Below are positions 10,455 to 24,900 of a DNA stretch of 42,602 nucleotides, piece by piece; the stretch's first letter is position 1, and every line of letters starts with the position of its first letter. The stretch comes from Vermamoeba vermiformis (taxonomy: Eukaryota), in NCBI GenBank assembly GCA_045837725.1, contig JBEWZL010000184.1, positions 496,001-538,602 of the forward strand. The letters are read 5' to 3'. The position numbers and the translations under genes were made by a program. The notes below the pieces were generated by a model. That model had not been told where the DNA came from. It saw only the letters and a program-made list of their open reading frames with translations, and did no database searches.

Positions 10455-13261
10455 CTAATTCGAAGGCGCAATCTCCATGACGTCAAACCAGACAGTGCCA
10501 GGACTCAGTACAATCCATCTGGGCCAGTAGCCGCCAGTGTTAGTGACTTGAATGGGCTGCACAGTGAATTTCTGCCAGTCTTTGGAGGTCGTGAAAACTT
10601 GGTTCACGAGGTACTTGCTGTTGCCGTCGGTCAAAATGTAGAACGCAACTTTGATGCCCGCACGATCCCCGCGCATGTAGAACGAGGTTTGATATGATTG
10701 GCCAGTTGTTAGCGTCACTCCGAACGCCTGAACATTGTAGTACTGGTACAAACCATTTGGCGCCAGATCTGTCAAACACATGAGCAACTTAACTCCTACA
10801 TCTGACAAAAAACTAAAGTATTATTAAATTGTTACCTGCACAGCTGTCATTAAAGCAATGAATTCTGAACGATTTCAATCCATCGACTGCCAATCGTGTG
10901 TCAGTGCCAAAACTGGACCACTGAGAGACGTAAAATCTAATCCGTGAATATTGTGTGGTGTTAGCCAAATATGGTAAGTACATCACGTGATTCAAATGAC
11001 GTACGAGAACGCATCAGGCTGGCTGACAGTCGGCGTCAATTCAAAGCTCGGATTGCGAATCAAATTCTTGGGGTTGTGATACAGCACGTGTTTCTTCAGT
11101 TCAATTCTGTACGCACGTGACGAATAGCCGTCGAGCACGTCGCTGAACACGCCGTTGGAGATGGTCACGGCTCTGTTTTGTTGGAACACTTCGATGCCGC
11201 GAGTCACACTGGGATCCAAATCCTGCAAACCAAAGTAAGCTATAATAAGGTTCACATAGCTTCATGTATCAACAAAACAAAGAATAAATTCCGGATTTGA
11301 CAGATCCAAATGCTGCTTTTTCATCCGTGAAATTTTTTTAGTCTCAGACAACATTTCCTAATTTGGACATACCTTAATCGTCACTTTGACGCTAGACACG
11401 GAATTTCTGCCGTTGATCATCACAACCATCAAATAATCCTGATGCACGTAAGCTTTGCCCTTGACATTCTTGTTCACTGAACCGTCGATCAGATCACGTG
11501 ACTCAATCGAAATTTCGTTGGCTTTCTTGTGCGACAAGAACCAGGGCGTCAATTCGACAACTTCTTCGGTCAATTGTCGACACTCAGCCCACATGCCCGT
11601 GAATGGAATTCCTTCAGTGAAATAAATTATTCCGCGCACGTCGTTGACCAGGGCCAAATACGTCATTGCACGTTGTTCCGCTGCGGTCGGCTGTCTGGTC
11701 CATTCTTCCGCTCCTCCGAAGGCTTGGGCCACCAACCACATCGGCTAAAGTACAATAATGAATTAGTCACTGTAGCGCATGGTGAATATTAATTCATTTG
11801 CAAATGATTATTATTGTATACCATTATTAACAGGTCAGCTTGCAATAAAATTTGCAAAACAAATAGAAATTTGTATCCGGTCAGGCAATTTAGCGTAATA
11901 TTTTTTCATTAGAAAGTGTTACTTCCATATAAGGCAATATTATGCGCGCAAGAAGGTGACTTACGAACTGATTCTGCGTTTGTGTCTTGTAGGCCGTGAA
12001 TCTGTTCCAGATGTCCATTGGTTCACCTTGACAATAGTCACAAGCATCAGAATCCTATAAACGGCTTAGTTATTATTGAAAATGATTAATATATAGGGAA
12101 TTATATAGAGTTGCTTACGGTGATGCCAATCGGGTACGGATCTGTCATTAAGACGTCGAGTGACTTGGTGTAGTTATTGATATTGTACAAACAGTTCAAC
12201 ACTAATATCACTGGATGATAAGGATCTAACTGCTTGATGAGATTATAAGACGAAACAATGTACTCGGGGGTGAATCCACTTCCATCGGGCTCATCTGAAA
12301 AATAATACGGTAAGATCGAACTTAAGCCTTTGCAAATATGCGTAGGTTAAACAATATAGTACCAGCAATATAATAAGCCATCAAAGCAGGATGATCTTTC
12401 ATGCCGTTCACGACTGCAGTAATATTGCCAAATTTTTGTTTCGAATCCTGGCTTTCAGTGATGTAAACCATGTCCAATATCATCTAAAGGCATCAAATAA
12501 ATTATTATACGAATATTAGATCAATTCCACGACGTACCTTAGTTCCTAATTTATGTGCTCGGTCAAAAAGTTGTCTGACGCCATCCAACGTTTGCAAAGG
12601 AGGTCTGTACGGCAAAGGTGCATTGAATCCGTTCGTAGCTTCAGTGCTGATAACGTCCCATAATTGAGGACGACCCCAATCGAAATAATAACCCATGGGC
12701 AGAATTGGCAAACCATTGTAAATGAATCCGTTGGACTTGTGATCAATCTAAATAATATAGGAGTTTAAATTAATTTTAAAATACCTTACTATAATATTTT
12801 ATAATATTTTTAAGGCCTACCTTGACAGAATTTGGCTTGTCAGGCCATCTGCTGATAGAAATATTTTTTTCTGCAATTAACTCGCCACTGCTAGTCTTGA
12901 TTTGACAATGTAATGTTGAATATTGTCCAAGAGGAAATTTCGTGACGTCAATAGTCAACTCGTGTCTGACACCCGTGGTAAGGCTCACGGGTGCAACAAT
13001 GTAAATAGAAACGTATTTTGCTTGGAATGTTACGGAGTCGCCATAATTAGGATCAATATTCACTAATAATTCTCCTTGTTTTTCTGAAGTAAATGGCTCG
13101 AGTGAAGGATTTACAACAAAATAATTATTTGGCAGATTTGCAAACTCTTCGCTGGTTCTGTTGAATGGATAATATGGTCTACCGCACCATAGTGGTACCG
13201 CATATATAGTACAAATAAAGCTGAATATACAGCAAATACTAATCAAACGAGTTGTGGTCAT
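10455..13261 (-). CDS. Secreted glycoside hydrolase-like (TIM barrel) protein with C-terminal CBM4/9-like module
   Basis: Signal peptide followed by WCGRPY; PILPMGYY; Y.ADEPDG; IKQLDPYHP; DVLMTDPYPIG; MWLVAQAFGG.EEW.R.PT..E; KNLIRNPSFE followed by a beta-sandwich tail. Confidence 0.75.
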
Positions 13262-13372
13262 TTGATCTGAAAACTTTCTAAATGTACTTCAAAAAAATCT
13301 TTTGCTTAAAAACTCCCATAGCGAACAAGCCAATAATATGACGTAATTGTATACACTCATTTATGTTAATAT

Positions 13373-14216
13373 TTAATACAATTTCAAATGGCCGGTGATC
13401 TTGTCTAACAAAGGCTTCGAGGCTAAAATAAAAAATATTGATAAATAATCGATTTAATTATTAATTTAATATTTAAGTACCTGGTCCCAAGGCAAGAACG
13501 GTCTTGCTACCACTCTTGATTTGAGTTCTGCCTGCATCCACCACCAAGTAAGTATTTACACCCATCTCTTTTGCTTTGCGCTCAAGACTCGTCCTATCGT
13601 CATATTAATACCACTGTAGTGTTATATATTAATAACGTACAATTCTTCTTCGTCTTTGGCCTTCAAAGTCACTTTCATTTGACCGTATTTGCTCCAAGTC
13701 GCCAAGCCCTTCAAATTTTTCTTGACTGCGCGTTGATATGCGCCTAATGTGGCATGAGAGCATTGAGCAGCTGCCTTGCCCGGACCCATTTTAAGGTCCA
13801 TACGCACGACTAAGACCTGCGTGCGTTTGAAAATTAACACGATGGTAAATCAATATATATTTATTCGGCTCCAGAATATTTTTTAAAATTAATATTAAGT
13901 ATTATCAACGTGCAAATATGTCATATAAATATAGTTGCTTATAAAATTAAATTTCTCGATTTTTTACCATTTTTAATTCTTCGTCTTCTGATTCAGATCC
14001 AGATGCCTCTTCACCAGAGCTCTCCTCTGATTCATCGCTCACATCCTCGTCGTTTTTATTTTTAGCCTGTTCTTTGGCCTTTAACAACTCTTTTTCCAGC
14101 TCTGCAGCCTTCAAATCCTTTGTGGGTCTTGTTTGACTTCCGCTCCTCCAATACGAGGCGACTACGAAGCCCAAACAGAAACTAGACACTAGGCCCGCAA
14201 TAGTTGATGGGTTCAT
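13373..14216 (-). CDS. PTH2: Peptidyl-tRNA hydrolase 2
   Basis: N-terminal TM segment and acidic linker, [60 protein letters not shown]-stop. Confidence 0.95.
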
Positions 14217-14368
14217 ATTGATGAATATCTGACAAAATGAATTTTTTTCCGATCGAACAAAAAACGATCCAAGGGGGCTTCCCAAACAACAATTAGAGGT
14301 CATATTTATGATGACTAATGAATAGTACGTCGATTACATTAATACAACATTTATTATAATACAACGCT

Positions 14369-15157
14369 TTATACAACTGATTTTATGCCGCGAGACACGT
14401 TCGATGGCATGAGCTTCGTGATTTGCTTAGGGCTGAATAATAAATCGTTAGATACTGACACATTGACTATATAACAATATATACTATAATATTGAAAATC
14501 GCACGACGGGTCCGTAAAGCAGTTAAATAGTTTTGTATTGGATGTACTTACTGTCCAAGCTTGCACTTCGGTCCATCGGGGCAGAAGCCTAATAAGTATG
14601 CTTCACATATTTCTCGCTTGACGTGCCTCTTGTTGCACTTGGGTCCATATTTACAGAATCCTTGATTGAAGTACGGGCATTCCGTGATCTTCGACTCGGG
14701 GTCAACGTGACGGAATTTGCATTTGGTTCTCATACATTTGCCTATTATGCAGTTAGTACGCGATATAATTACTATAGATATGAGCACTCATCGAGTTGCA
14801 ACGTACCTTCTAGAAAGAACTGACAGATCGGCATCTTAGAAGAGTCATAAACGTGTAAAAAATTACATTTATCTCCTTTCTTGCATAATCCGTTCAACCA
14901 ATGCTTGCAGACTACATCCTTTTTGCCTACGAGGTAAGATTCGTCTCTTTCTGAATCTATTATTTTCGAAAAAGTTAGAAAAATTCTAGGCCAATATTTA
15001 CTCGCCAAAATATTATTGCGCGACATAATTATAATTATTGAGGGTGCTTACCGAATATTTCCTCAAAATCAAATCGACTATCATAAGAGGAGTTATCGCC
15101 TTGCAAAACGTTATCAAAGTTAACCACGACGCGGCTCAGAAAATCTGTAGCAGCCAT
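14369..15157 (-). CDS. CPSF4: Cleavage and polyadenylation specificity factor 30 kDa subunit (CPSF30/Yth1)
   Basis: N-terminal [76 protein letters not shown]. Confidence 0.9.
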
Positions 15158-15361
15158 TTTATATACAGTTGTGGTATCTATGTTACAAATAATTGAAGGA
15201 ATAAGCTTGCCTTCCTTTCCCGCACAAACGGAGCGATCACGTGGATCTTCCTAAAAAGGCAAGTCATGCAACCACGCGCCTCGAAAACTACGCGGGTTAA
15301 AATACGACTTTCCGCTGCTCCTTATTGTTCTATTTATTTCTACTTATCATACACATTACAT

Positions 15362-15853
15362 ATGTTTTTATTAAAGTCCACGCAAAAGGTTGTCTCTCGT
15401 TTGGGTTCAACAGCCTCGAAGACATCCACAGCAACCCTATTCAGATCTTATCATGAACGCGTGATTGATCATTACAATAACCCCAGAAATGTTGGAACAT
15501 TGCCCAAAGACGATCCTAAAGTTGGCACGGGACTTGTTGGCGCCCCTGCTTGCGGAGATGTGATGAGACTTCAAATCCGCGTTAATGACAAAGGCATCGT
15601 TGAAGAAGCCAAATTCAAGACCTATGGATGCGGCTCTGCTATTGCCTCGAGCTCTCTGGCTTCAGAGTGGATTAAGGGCAAGCATGTCGACGAAGCAGTC
15701 CAGATCAAGAACACCGAGATTGCGAAGCATTTGTCTTTGCCTCCCGTGAAGCTGCATTGCTCTATGTTGGCTGAAGATGCTATTCGTGCAGCTATTGCTG
15801 ATTGGCAAAAGAAGCAACAGGTAGATGCCAAGCAAGCTGAACAGCAACAATAA
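15362..15853 (+). CDS. ISCU: Mitochondrial Fe-S cluster scaffold IscU/Isu1 (intronless)
   Basis: Presequence followed by YHERVIDHYNNPRNVG, GAPACGDVM, FKTYGCGSAIASSS, LPPVKLHCSMLAEDAI. The true start is probably ATG 15362. Confidence 0.97.
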   Translation: MFLLKSTQKVVSRLGSTASKTSTATLFRSYHERVIDHYNNPRNVGTLPKDDPKVGTGLVGAPACGDVMRLQIRVNDKGIVEEAKFKTYGCGSAIASSSLASEWIKGKHVDEAVQIKNTEIAKHLSLPPVKLHCSMLAEDAIRAAIADWQKKQQVDAKQAEQQQ

Positions 15854-16122
15854 TTTACCACGGTATTCTATTTTGTAAATATTAATTATTATTGTGGTAA
15901 TTTATTGCGTCTTTAATGGTGCTAGTGTTTAGCGCTATTAATTTTGATTGTAAAATAAATCCGAATTATTTCATAACAGGCTAGTCTTTCGAACCGTCAT
16001 CGCGGAGGCATGTCCTCTCGTATATTCAATAACAGGACAGCGTAGATATATTGCACAATACTATTTTATTACAATCTACAATACACGGTCCGGATTTCGG
16101 GATCGCAAATTTTACTGATTAG

Positions 16123-16439
16123 TTATTGCTCAAAGGCGGATTTTTTGTTTTGAAACTCGGAATTTTGATTACCTAACAATAGACATACTCGACGTTAGAA
16201 ATAAGTCCGAGGAAAGGCACCAAGATTTTTAGATCGAAGTTGGCACGAGGAAAATATCGTTACGTACCTGTCGGAGAGGCTTTTCTTCCCTTATTAATAT
16301 TGACCTTGAATTTATTCAATGCGTCCTTATTTTTCTCGCGTCGCGCCTCTGCTTCAAATTGCGCTGCTTTTTGTTTCGCTGTAGGCTCTTTCTCTGGCGG
16401 GTTTTCAAAGGCGGATCGCTTAGAGTTGAAGTCAGACAT
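16123..16439 (-). CDS. 73-aa two-exon microprotein with three [ST]-x7-FE-type motifs (absent from the ORF track)
   Basis: ATG 16439, intron 16267-16173 (GTACGT..TTAG) in phase, TAA 16123. Product MSDFNSKRSAFENPPEKEPTAKQKAAQFEAEARREKNKDALNKFKVNINKGRKASPTGNQNSEFQNKKSAFEQ. Confidence 0.8.
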
Positions 16440-16997
16440 ATCTGTTTATGATATAGTATTGAATAGATTTAGATGAAAAGCGCCGTTGGTCTCCTGAAGA
16501 TTTGTTTTTGGTTCTGGCCGATTCTCTTTTCAAACTCACAAGAGGACGGCACTACAGGCGTCTCTAACTCAAATTACACGCACAATTGAAGTGTATTGCG
16601 CAATGATCATACGTGATGCTTGCGCAAAGCTCCATCTCTCTAATCTGGTCCGCGTAAGTTATGTCAAAAAAATTTGAAGATAAATATTACTAAAATTTGC
16701 TGCAATAGTAATAATATAGTACTGGAAGGAACTTCATTGTGTAAAGTTTATTATTACGTTTTTTAAATTTAATCCGGGCCTGAAAAGTTCTGAACTGTTT
16801 ATTCGTTATCTATGAGCACAATTGTTTACAATACCTGCTAATGATAATAATGCCACCACTTCTGAGCCGAAACCAGACGAATCAGGCTAATTCACGCACG
16901 TTACTAAGAATAGCACGTCCCACCTTTTTAGGCAACAAACTCGGTGCAAAATGGCCGTCGATAGCGTAGTGGAGGTCAATAAGAACTAACTTCACGC

Positions 16998-19886
16998 ATG
17001 AGGGGCACAATTGTGATATATATCTTCGTATTATTTTTGTACATAGGTCGCTCGAGTGCGGATCTAATCGCCTCGAGTAAAGTCGAGCGGTGCGTATTAG
17101 ATGGCACCAATCAGAACCCCGATGATCAAGCCCTCAACTGCACCAAGAAGATGATTGTTTCAATCAGTTTAAATAGCGGTCAGGTACGTACCAAGTAGTA
17201 CAATCCACGCTCTCAAAACACATAACTTTTCTAAATACTTCTGATGATTAATGCAAAATAACCACTAAATTCAATCGTCATCAACATGTATAACATAATA
17301 ATATGCAAGTTGTTCTATTTAATCAATTAATATTATCCGTACATTTGGAATTTTCATGTGGAACTGGAAATCAAATCTCAATGTCGTTTCACTCGTGCCA
17401 CGTAATTACACGGATCATAATAAATGTTGATAGGGAGAAACAGAGGCGATTGAAGCAGTGGTCTCAACGACTACAGACGAGAATGGTGACTCGCAACAAT
17501 TAGAGTTCCCGTTCAAAATTCAGTTCGCGAAGACACAGACCTCGGTGCTCTATCCTGTCTATTACATACAAGTACGTACCAGTGAGTTGTTTTAACGAAC
17601 TTGGACTGACTATCCCTTGCGCGGTCAGAGTGTGAATGGCAATCCGAACGAAGCCATCGTATTCAAGGGCGTGAGTATCTTCGGCGGTGGATGTCAAGCA
17701 GGCAATTTAGAGCCCAATCCGACGTGTGGCTGGGCAGTGACAGCTTCAGGGGCCAAGATAGCATACAGCCAGGGCTACTGTTGCTCGTGTTCCCTCGCGC
17801 AAGTACTTGGTTTGAGCAACGATGGAACTCGTGCCAGTTTGAATTGCGAACTGTTTGGCGATCAAATGACAAGTGCTCATTGTCTGCGGTGGGGCGAGTA
17901 CTGGTACGATTTGTTTGGCATTCGCGAGTCACAGCTGGACTTCACGATACAACTGCGTGTCACGCGTCGCAGTATGGTCGGTGGATTCTTAACAACGAGC
18001 GAGGTAAGGCCCTCTAGAATGTCATAAAAGAGTCCTAACGCGTAGAATAGGAACTAATGAGGCTGTCACCTTCAGTGCGAGGAGCAGTTTCAAGCGAAAA
18101 AGACATTATGGCGTCACTCATTGGCGACTTCCAACCTTATCAGTACGCGTCGTAACGATATCTTTTAATGCTCTTCTAACCACGATCTATATTTAGAGAG
18201 GCGCCAGTGCTCTCAGAAAAGTATTTGGCCGTGCCTACTCAACCCGTGGCAGATCCACGTGTGACGGTAAGAAATTATTTAATTTAGCATTAGAACGTGC
18301 TAATATATAGGGCTAGGCTGGTTTATCCACTTGGATGTTCGTGGACAAGACTCAAGTCGACTTGTCAGGCTTGACGTGCAACAAGATTGGTGTCAGCTAC
18401 GAAGGATTTTATTCTGACAGCAACGCGTGTGCCAAGAAGCCAATGAGCTGCTTGAACAACCAATTGAATGACTTTTACAACGTGAGTAGATTTTTAACGA
18501 GATATTAGGTTGTCTAATCGTGGTATTTTTAGAGCGATGTTAAACTACAGCAGAGTGGTGTTGCTACAAACTATCTCATTTCGAGTTTCGGAAATTTCGC
18601 AACGACGTTAGACCCCCAAAACAACAGATACTTGGTACTGCAAGACAACACTGCACGAGCGAGCTTGATCACGCTAACTTTGAAGGCTGACGACATCCGT
18701 TACATTGTCAATAGGTACGCGTGTTATTGTTTATTATAACATGGCTAATAATCGTTTGTAGGAGTCCTGGTGAGATCTTATCGTTGTTGGTGAAAGATTT
18801 TGAAGCTTTGTCACGCAACGGACACGTGGAGATTGTCGTCGGCAACACGGGCTACATTGCCTCAGATTATTGGGTCTCAGTGACCAACTGCACTGAGGGC
18901 ATTCAACCCATTCCCGCACAGACAGCGACCATTGCTCCCTTGCAGAGCAGTGTGTTCAACTTTGATTTGTATGCCTCGAATGAGCTAGGCTCGATGAACC
19001 AGTGCGATGGTATGTGACAATTGTGGCATTGAATGATAGCTGACTTCATATGTAGCGGTGCTATATGATAGCCAGCACGAGGTGCTTCAAGTACTGCGCT
19101 TCAACTTCACCACGTTTGCCACGAACAAAACACGCGGCAATCAAGGTGGCGTGGAGTCACCTCTTGTCGAAACAGTAAGTTTGCTGTAACAAGCTTGCAC
19201 AGGGTGATTAACGTAAAATTAGGGCCTTGGTGACGGCAATAACTCGATCAATGATTGTGCCAAAATGTGCCCAAATTTGTAAGTACACGTGTTATTCGTT
19301 AGTCCTCGTGCTTACATTGTGTTGTAGCTACGACTTGCCATGCTTTGTGCTGAAGCAGTGCTGGGGCCTGTTAGTGACCTTCATCATCGTGTGCTTGGTC
19401 ATTCTTGCGCTGATCATTATTCTCATCAAGACCAAGTGTTGCAAAGGTCCCATTAAGAAGTGCATCCGCGTGTGCAAGTCCAAAGACGACAAGACTGACG
19501 CGAATGGACGCAAGCTCGGTCGATTGGAGCGTTTGAAAGTGAAGCTGCAGAAGCTTAGAACGAAGAAAGAGACGCGGCAAGTGCGCGAGGAGATCCGAAG
19601 AGAAGTGGCGGAACAACGACAGCCGCGCAGGCAAGTTGTGGATCCGACGTCGCGGCGCAGTATTGAAATGAACAGACTGTACCCAGTTGACTACGACTCA
19701 CCCCCCTCGCACATGCCTCCGCCACCGCCTGTTCCAGTACCGCGACCATTGCCCGCACCAATGCCATCACCGATACCTTCACCAATCGACTCGCCTGGCT
19801 CATCGCCTTCACGGCCATTAATTCCGCCACCAGTGCAAGCCAGAACTCCGCCTCCAGTACCCAGACGATTGTTCTATCCTAAATAA
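16998..19886 (+). CDS. HAP2: HAP2/GCS1 gamete fusogen (class II fusexin)
   Basis: Signal peptide; IASSKVERC..NCTKKMIV; NGNPNE; PTCGW..IAYSQGYCCSC; TRASLNC..SAHCLRW; CNKIGVSYEGF..C.KKPMSCLNNQL; NTGYIASDY.VSVTNC; TM followed by a Cys/basic and Pro-rich tail. Confidence 0.95.
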
Positions 19887-20021
19887 GGAAAAAGATTGCC
19901 AAATCAGGATTTTGAAACGAAAAAGCGCTGGATCGTGAAGCAAAAGGAGGCCTCGAGCTAATATAGCGCAAAAATAAGTTAATTTTTTAATAAATAATTT
20001 CACAAAAAAAGTTGTCTAAAT

Positions 20022-21620
<1,599 letters not shown>

Positions 21621-21970
21621 ATTATAGAATATTGTTTAATAGTATGATAATATAAGTTAAATTATTGATGAATCTGCTAACGACGGATTGGATTTTGGTC
21701 TGATTTTCTCGTACGCCGAACGTAATACTTTACAAATCTTATATACAAATGTGTACGAGACTGCAGTTCGCAAAATGAAAGAATTTTATTCAACAGAGAG
21801 GTTTAAAGATTCTGTGACACGTGATCTTTGTCCGCCAATTTTCACGTGTCGCTTTGGAGATTGCGTTTCGTATCTTCCGATATCATTTTTTCTACAACGA
21901 AAAAGCAGTGTATTATCAAGCTACTTCAGCTTCGTTTCATTATCAACAATTTAATAAACGACAGTTGAAG

Positions 21971-24900
21971 ATGGCGGATGACAAAACCAAGCGAGTTCGC
22001 CCAACAAGGCCTACCTCGAGTCGGCCTTCTATTGTAAAAAAAGCAGATGGAGCTCCTGCCAAGAAAGAACGGCCATTTGTTATGGAGACAATTCGTGTAT
22101 GAAATTTTAATTTAATTCAATTCGATAATTATCCAAATAATCCAATTATACCGAGTGCTTTGGTTGAGCATTATTATAACTTCAATACTATCGAATCGTA
22201 TTAATTAAAATTTAAATTATTGAATCGAAATTATTTTAGCTGGCACAAGACGAGATTGAAAAAGAGCTGAGAAATTTAGAAGCGCCGCAGAAAACCATGG
22301 TAATTACACGGCAAATGATCAGGAACAACCTTTATAATAATATTTTTAGACTGGCGCCATTGGAACCCTTCAAGAAGTCTACAGCGTTTTAGAAGCATCC
22401 AACATTACGGATCAGGTGCGTAACAACTGTGCATTAGCGATGTGATTCGGACTCACAATTGCTTATAGGATATTTGGGACGGTGCCGTTGAAGTGTACCC
22501 CATTATTAAGCACTTTAAAGATAAAATTAGCAGCGCTGGTACGTTGCAGATCCACTTCACAATAAGCGACTAACATACTATCTGCAGAGTTATATCCCGT
22601 CAACTGCATCAATTTCGTGTTTCCTAAGCGTCCTGAATTTGCATCAGTGCCTGAAGGCAACAAGACATATAAAATCGACAAGAATTTGCCTATTTATAAG
22701 GCAAGCCGCGTATACGGTATACTTAATAATAGCATTATTAACATTACTACAGGTCGTTGGTATGATTTGCAAGAAGTTAGGCATTGAGAACGCGAAGAAA
22801 TACACACTGTGCACGACACGAGGTTTCGTTCTGAACGACAAAGAGACACTTGCCTCGTACGGCTTGGGAAGTCTATTGAAGAATTGGCAGTTGAAGGTAG
22901 TCTTAAAGCGCGTTACTAATTTGGTAAGTGAGCCTTTTGTCTTTGCAAAACTTTACCCGAAGTGACACGTGTCATCAGAAACGAATCGAATCTTTGAAAG
23001 CGCGAGAAATTGTGCCGGATAGCCCGCCTACCGAACAAGAAAACAAAGACGCAAATCAACATTCTGCGAGAATCTCGTCGGCTAAAAAGTTGAAAGAAGC
23101 AAAGCTGACCAAGCGAAAACCAACTATCATTGCCAAGAAATCAAAGGACTCGCTCGATGACAAAGATGCTGTCACGAAGAAAGACAGTGGTTCTACTACC
23201 ACACCGGTGCTGTTCGTGTTTGACGAGTCATTCCCAGTGCGAACTCAACGCGCCATGATCAATCCTGCTTTGCCCACAGTCGAGGTATGGAACCTTATTA
23301 ATACGATAGGACGTGATATTAATGCACGTAAACAGGTTTTGACTGCCTTATGCAAAGCTCACAACGTTAAGAACCCCGACAAGTTCGCATTGGCCACCTT
23401 CAAGAATCTTATTCTCGACTACAAGTCACCGATGGAGGCCTATGGATTCGGCGTTAGATTCCAAGACTGGCAATTGCAAGTACTGCCAACTGAAAAGCTG
23501 GCCAAGATGCCTAATGCCCGTTTGATTGATCCGAAGTCTAAGTTCGGTTGGATGGACGTAAGTACTTAATTTGCTGGAAGCGTTGGACCTTTTGTAATCA
23601 TTCTCTATGACAGGTTGAAGAAGCTAACTTTGGCATTGATGAAGCTAAGGCTATCATTCTCGAGTTTGAGTCGCGCTTCCAGAAACTGAAAGCAAAAGAG
23701 TACGTTCATTTAACGCTTCCATAAAGCTCGTGTTAATAGTGCCTCCAGTTCTAAGAGTGGCAAGAAGAAATCAAAGAAAGAAGAAGAAGCTGAGAAAGAG
23801 AAGGCCACAGAGCTCGAAGCACAGTTGAAGAAGGTCAAGGCCGAGCTTGACTCCGCACAACTCGAGCGCAAAACACTGCGCGATCAAGTGACGCAAATGG
23901 CCGAGCAACAGAAGGCAGCGAGAGACACGCAAATTCAAGAAAAGAATAAGTTCGAGTCCCTGCAACTCGAGCGCGAAACATTGCTCGGTCAATTGACGAA
24001 ATTAGCGCAAGTTTTGAAGCAACAGAAAGAGTACTACGAGAAGCAAGTCAAAGCACTCGAACAGAGCTTGAGCGAGACGACGAGGCTGAAAGAAGAGGCT
24101 GGCAACAAGAAGGACAAAAAGTCTTGTAAGTTCCTCGCCGCACTGCCTAGTTAACTCATCTAATTTTTTTTGATAGCCAAACAAGATAACGAGCAACTGG
24201 TTCAATTGCAAGTCGCCTTAGAAAAGTCCAAGTTTGATATGGGTACGTTGTTGTATGATATTTAGGCTTGGTATTGATATACTTGGCAACAGAGTCCCTC
24301 AAGAACGAGATGGCTCACAAGAGCGAAACTTTGACCTCGGAAATTTCGAGTCTGAAGCAAGAATTGCAAGGTCTGCAAACGAAGTTAGACGCGAGCAACG
24401 CCAAGAAAGACGAGCTCGAGAACGAACTTGCAAACTTGAGCTCGAAGCTTGACACTTCTGCCCGTGAATTTGCTGATCTTCAAGTGCAGCTCGAGACTGA
24501 AAAGATGAAGCTCGAAGAACAAGAGAAGAAAACGGCTGAACTGCAAGCAAAGATTGACAGCGGAGAAGTGCCACCTCAAGTGTTGAAAAAATTGAAGTTG
24601 CAAATCAAGAAGAAGTTCGAAGTTAAGTTCGCCGAGTTGTCAAAACAAACGACAGCTTTGCGCGGTGAAAAATCTCAACTCGAAGATCAACTGCTTGAGA
24701 TGCGCCAAAAGACCCAGCTGATCCAGTGGGAAAAAGAACTCGCGGATAAACGATTGGACGAAACTAGCCGAGAGCACGAAGAAGTTCTTAATAGATTAAG
24801 AAAAGAAATGGCATTGCTCGAGAACAAATTGCGTGTTGAACAGTCAATGTCGAAGGTGAGCTTTTGTGCGATCTAGATCCAACCCTCGGTTACTAACTTA

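Noticed and set aside
15266-15361. N-terminal extension of ISCU from ATG 15266
   Set aside because: The region is promoter/UTR-like; ATG 15362 gives a typical presequence.
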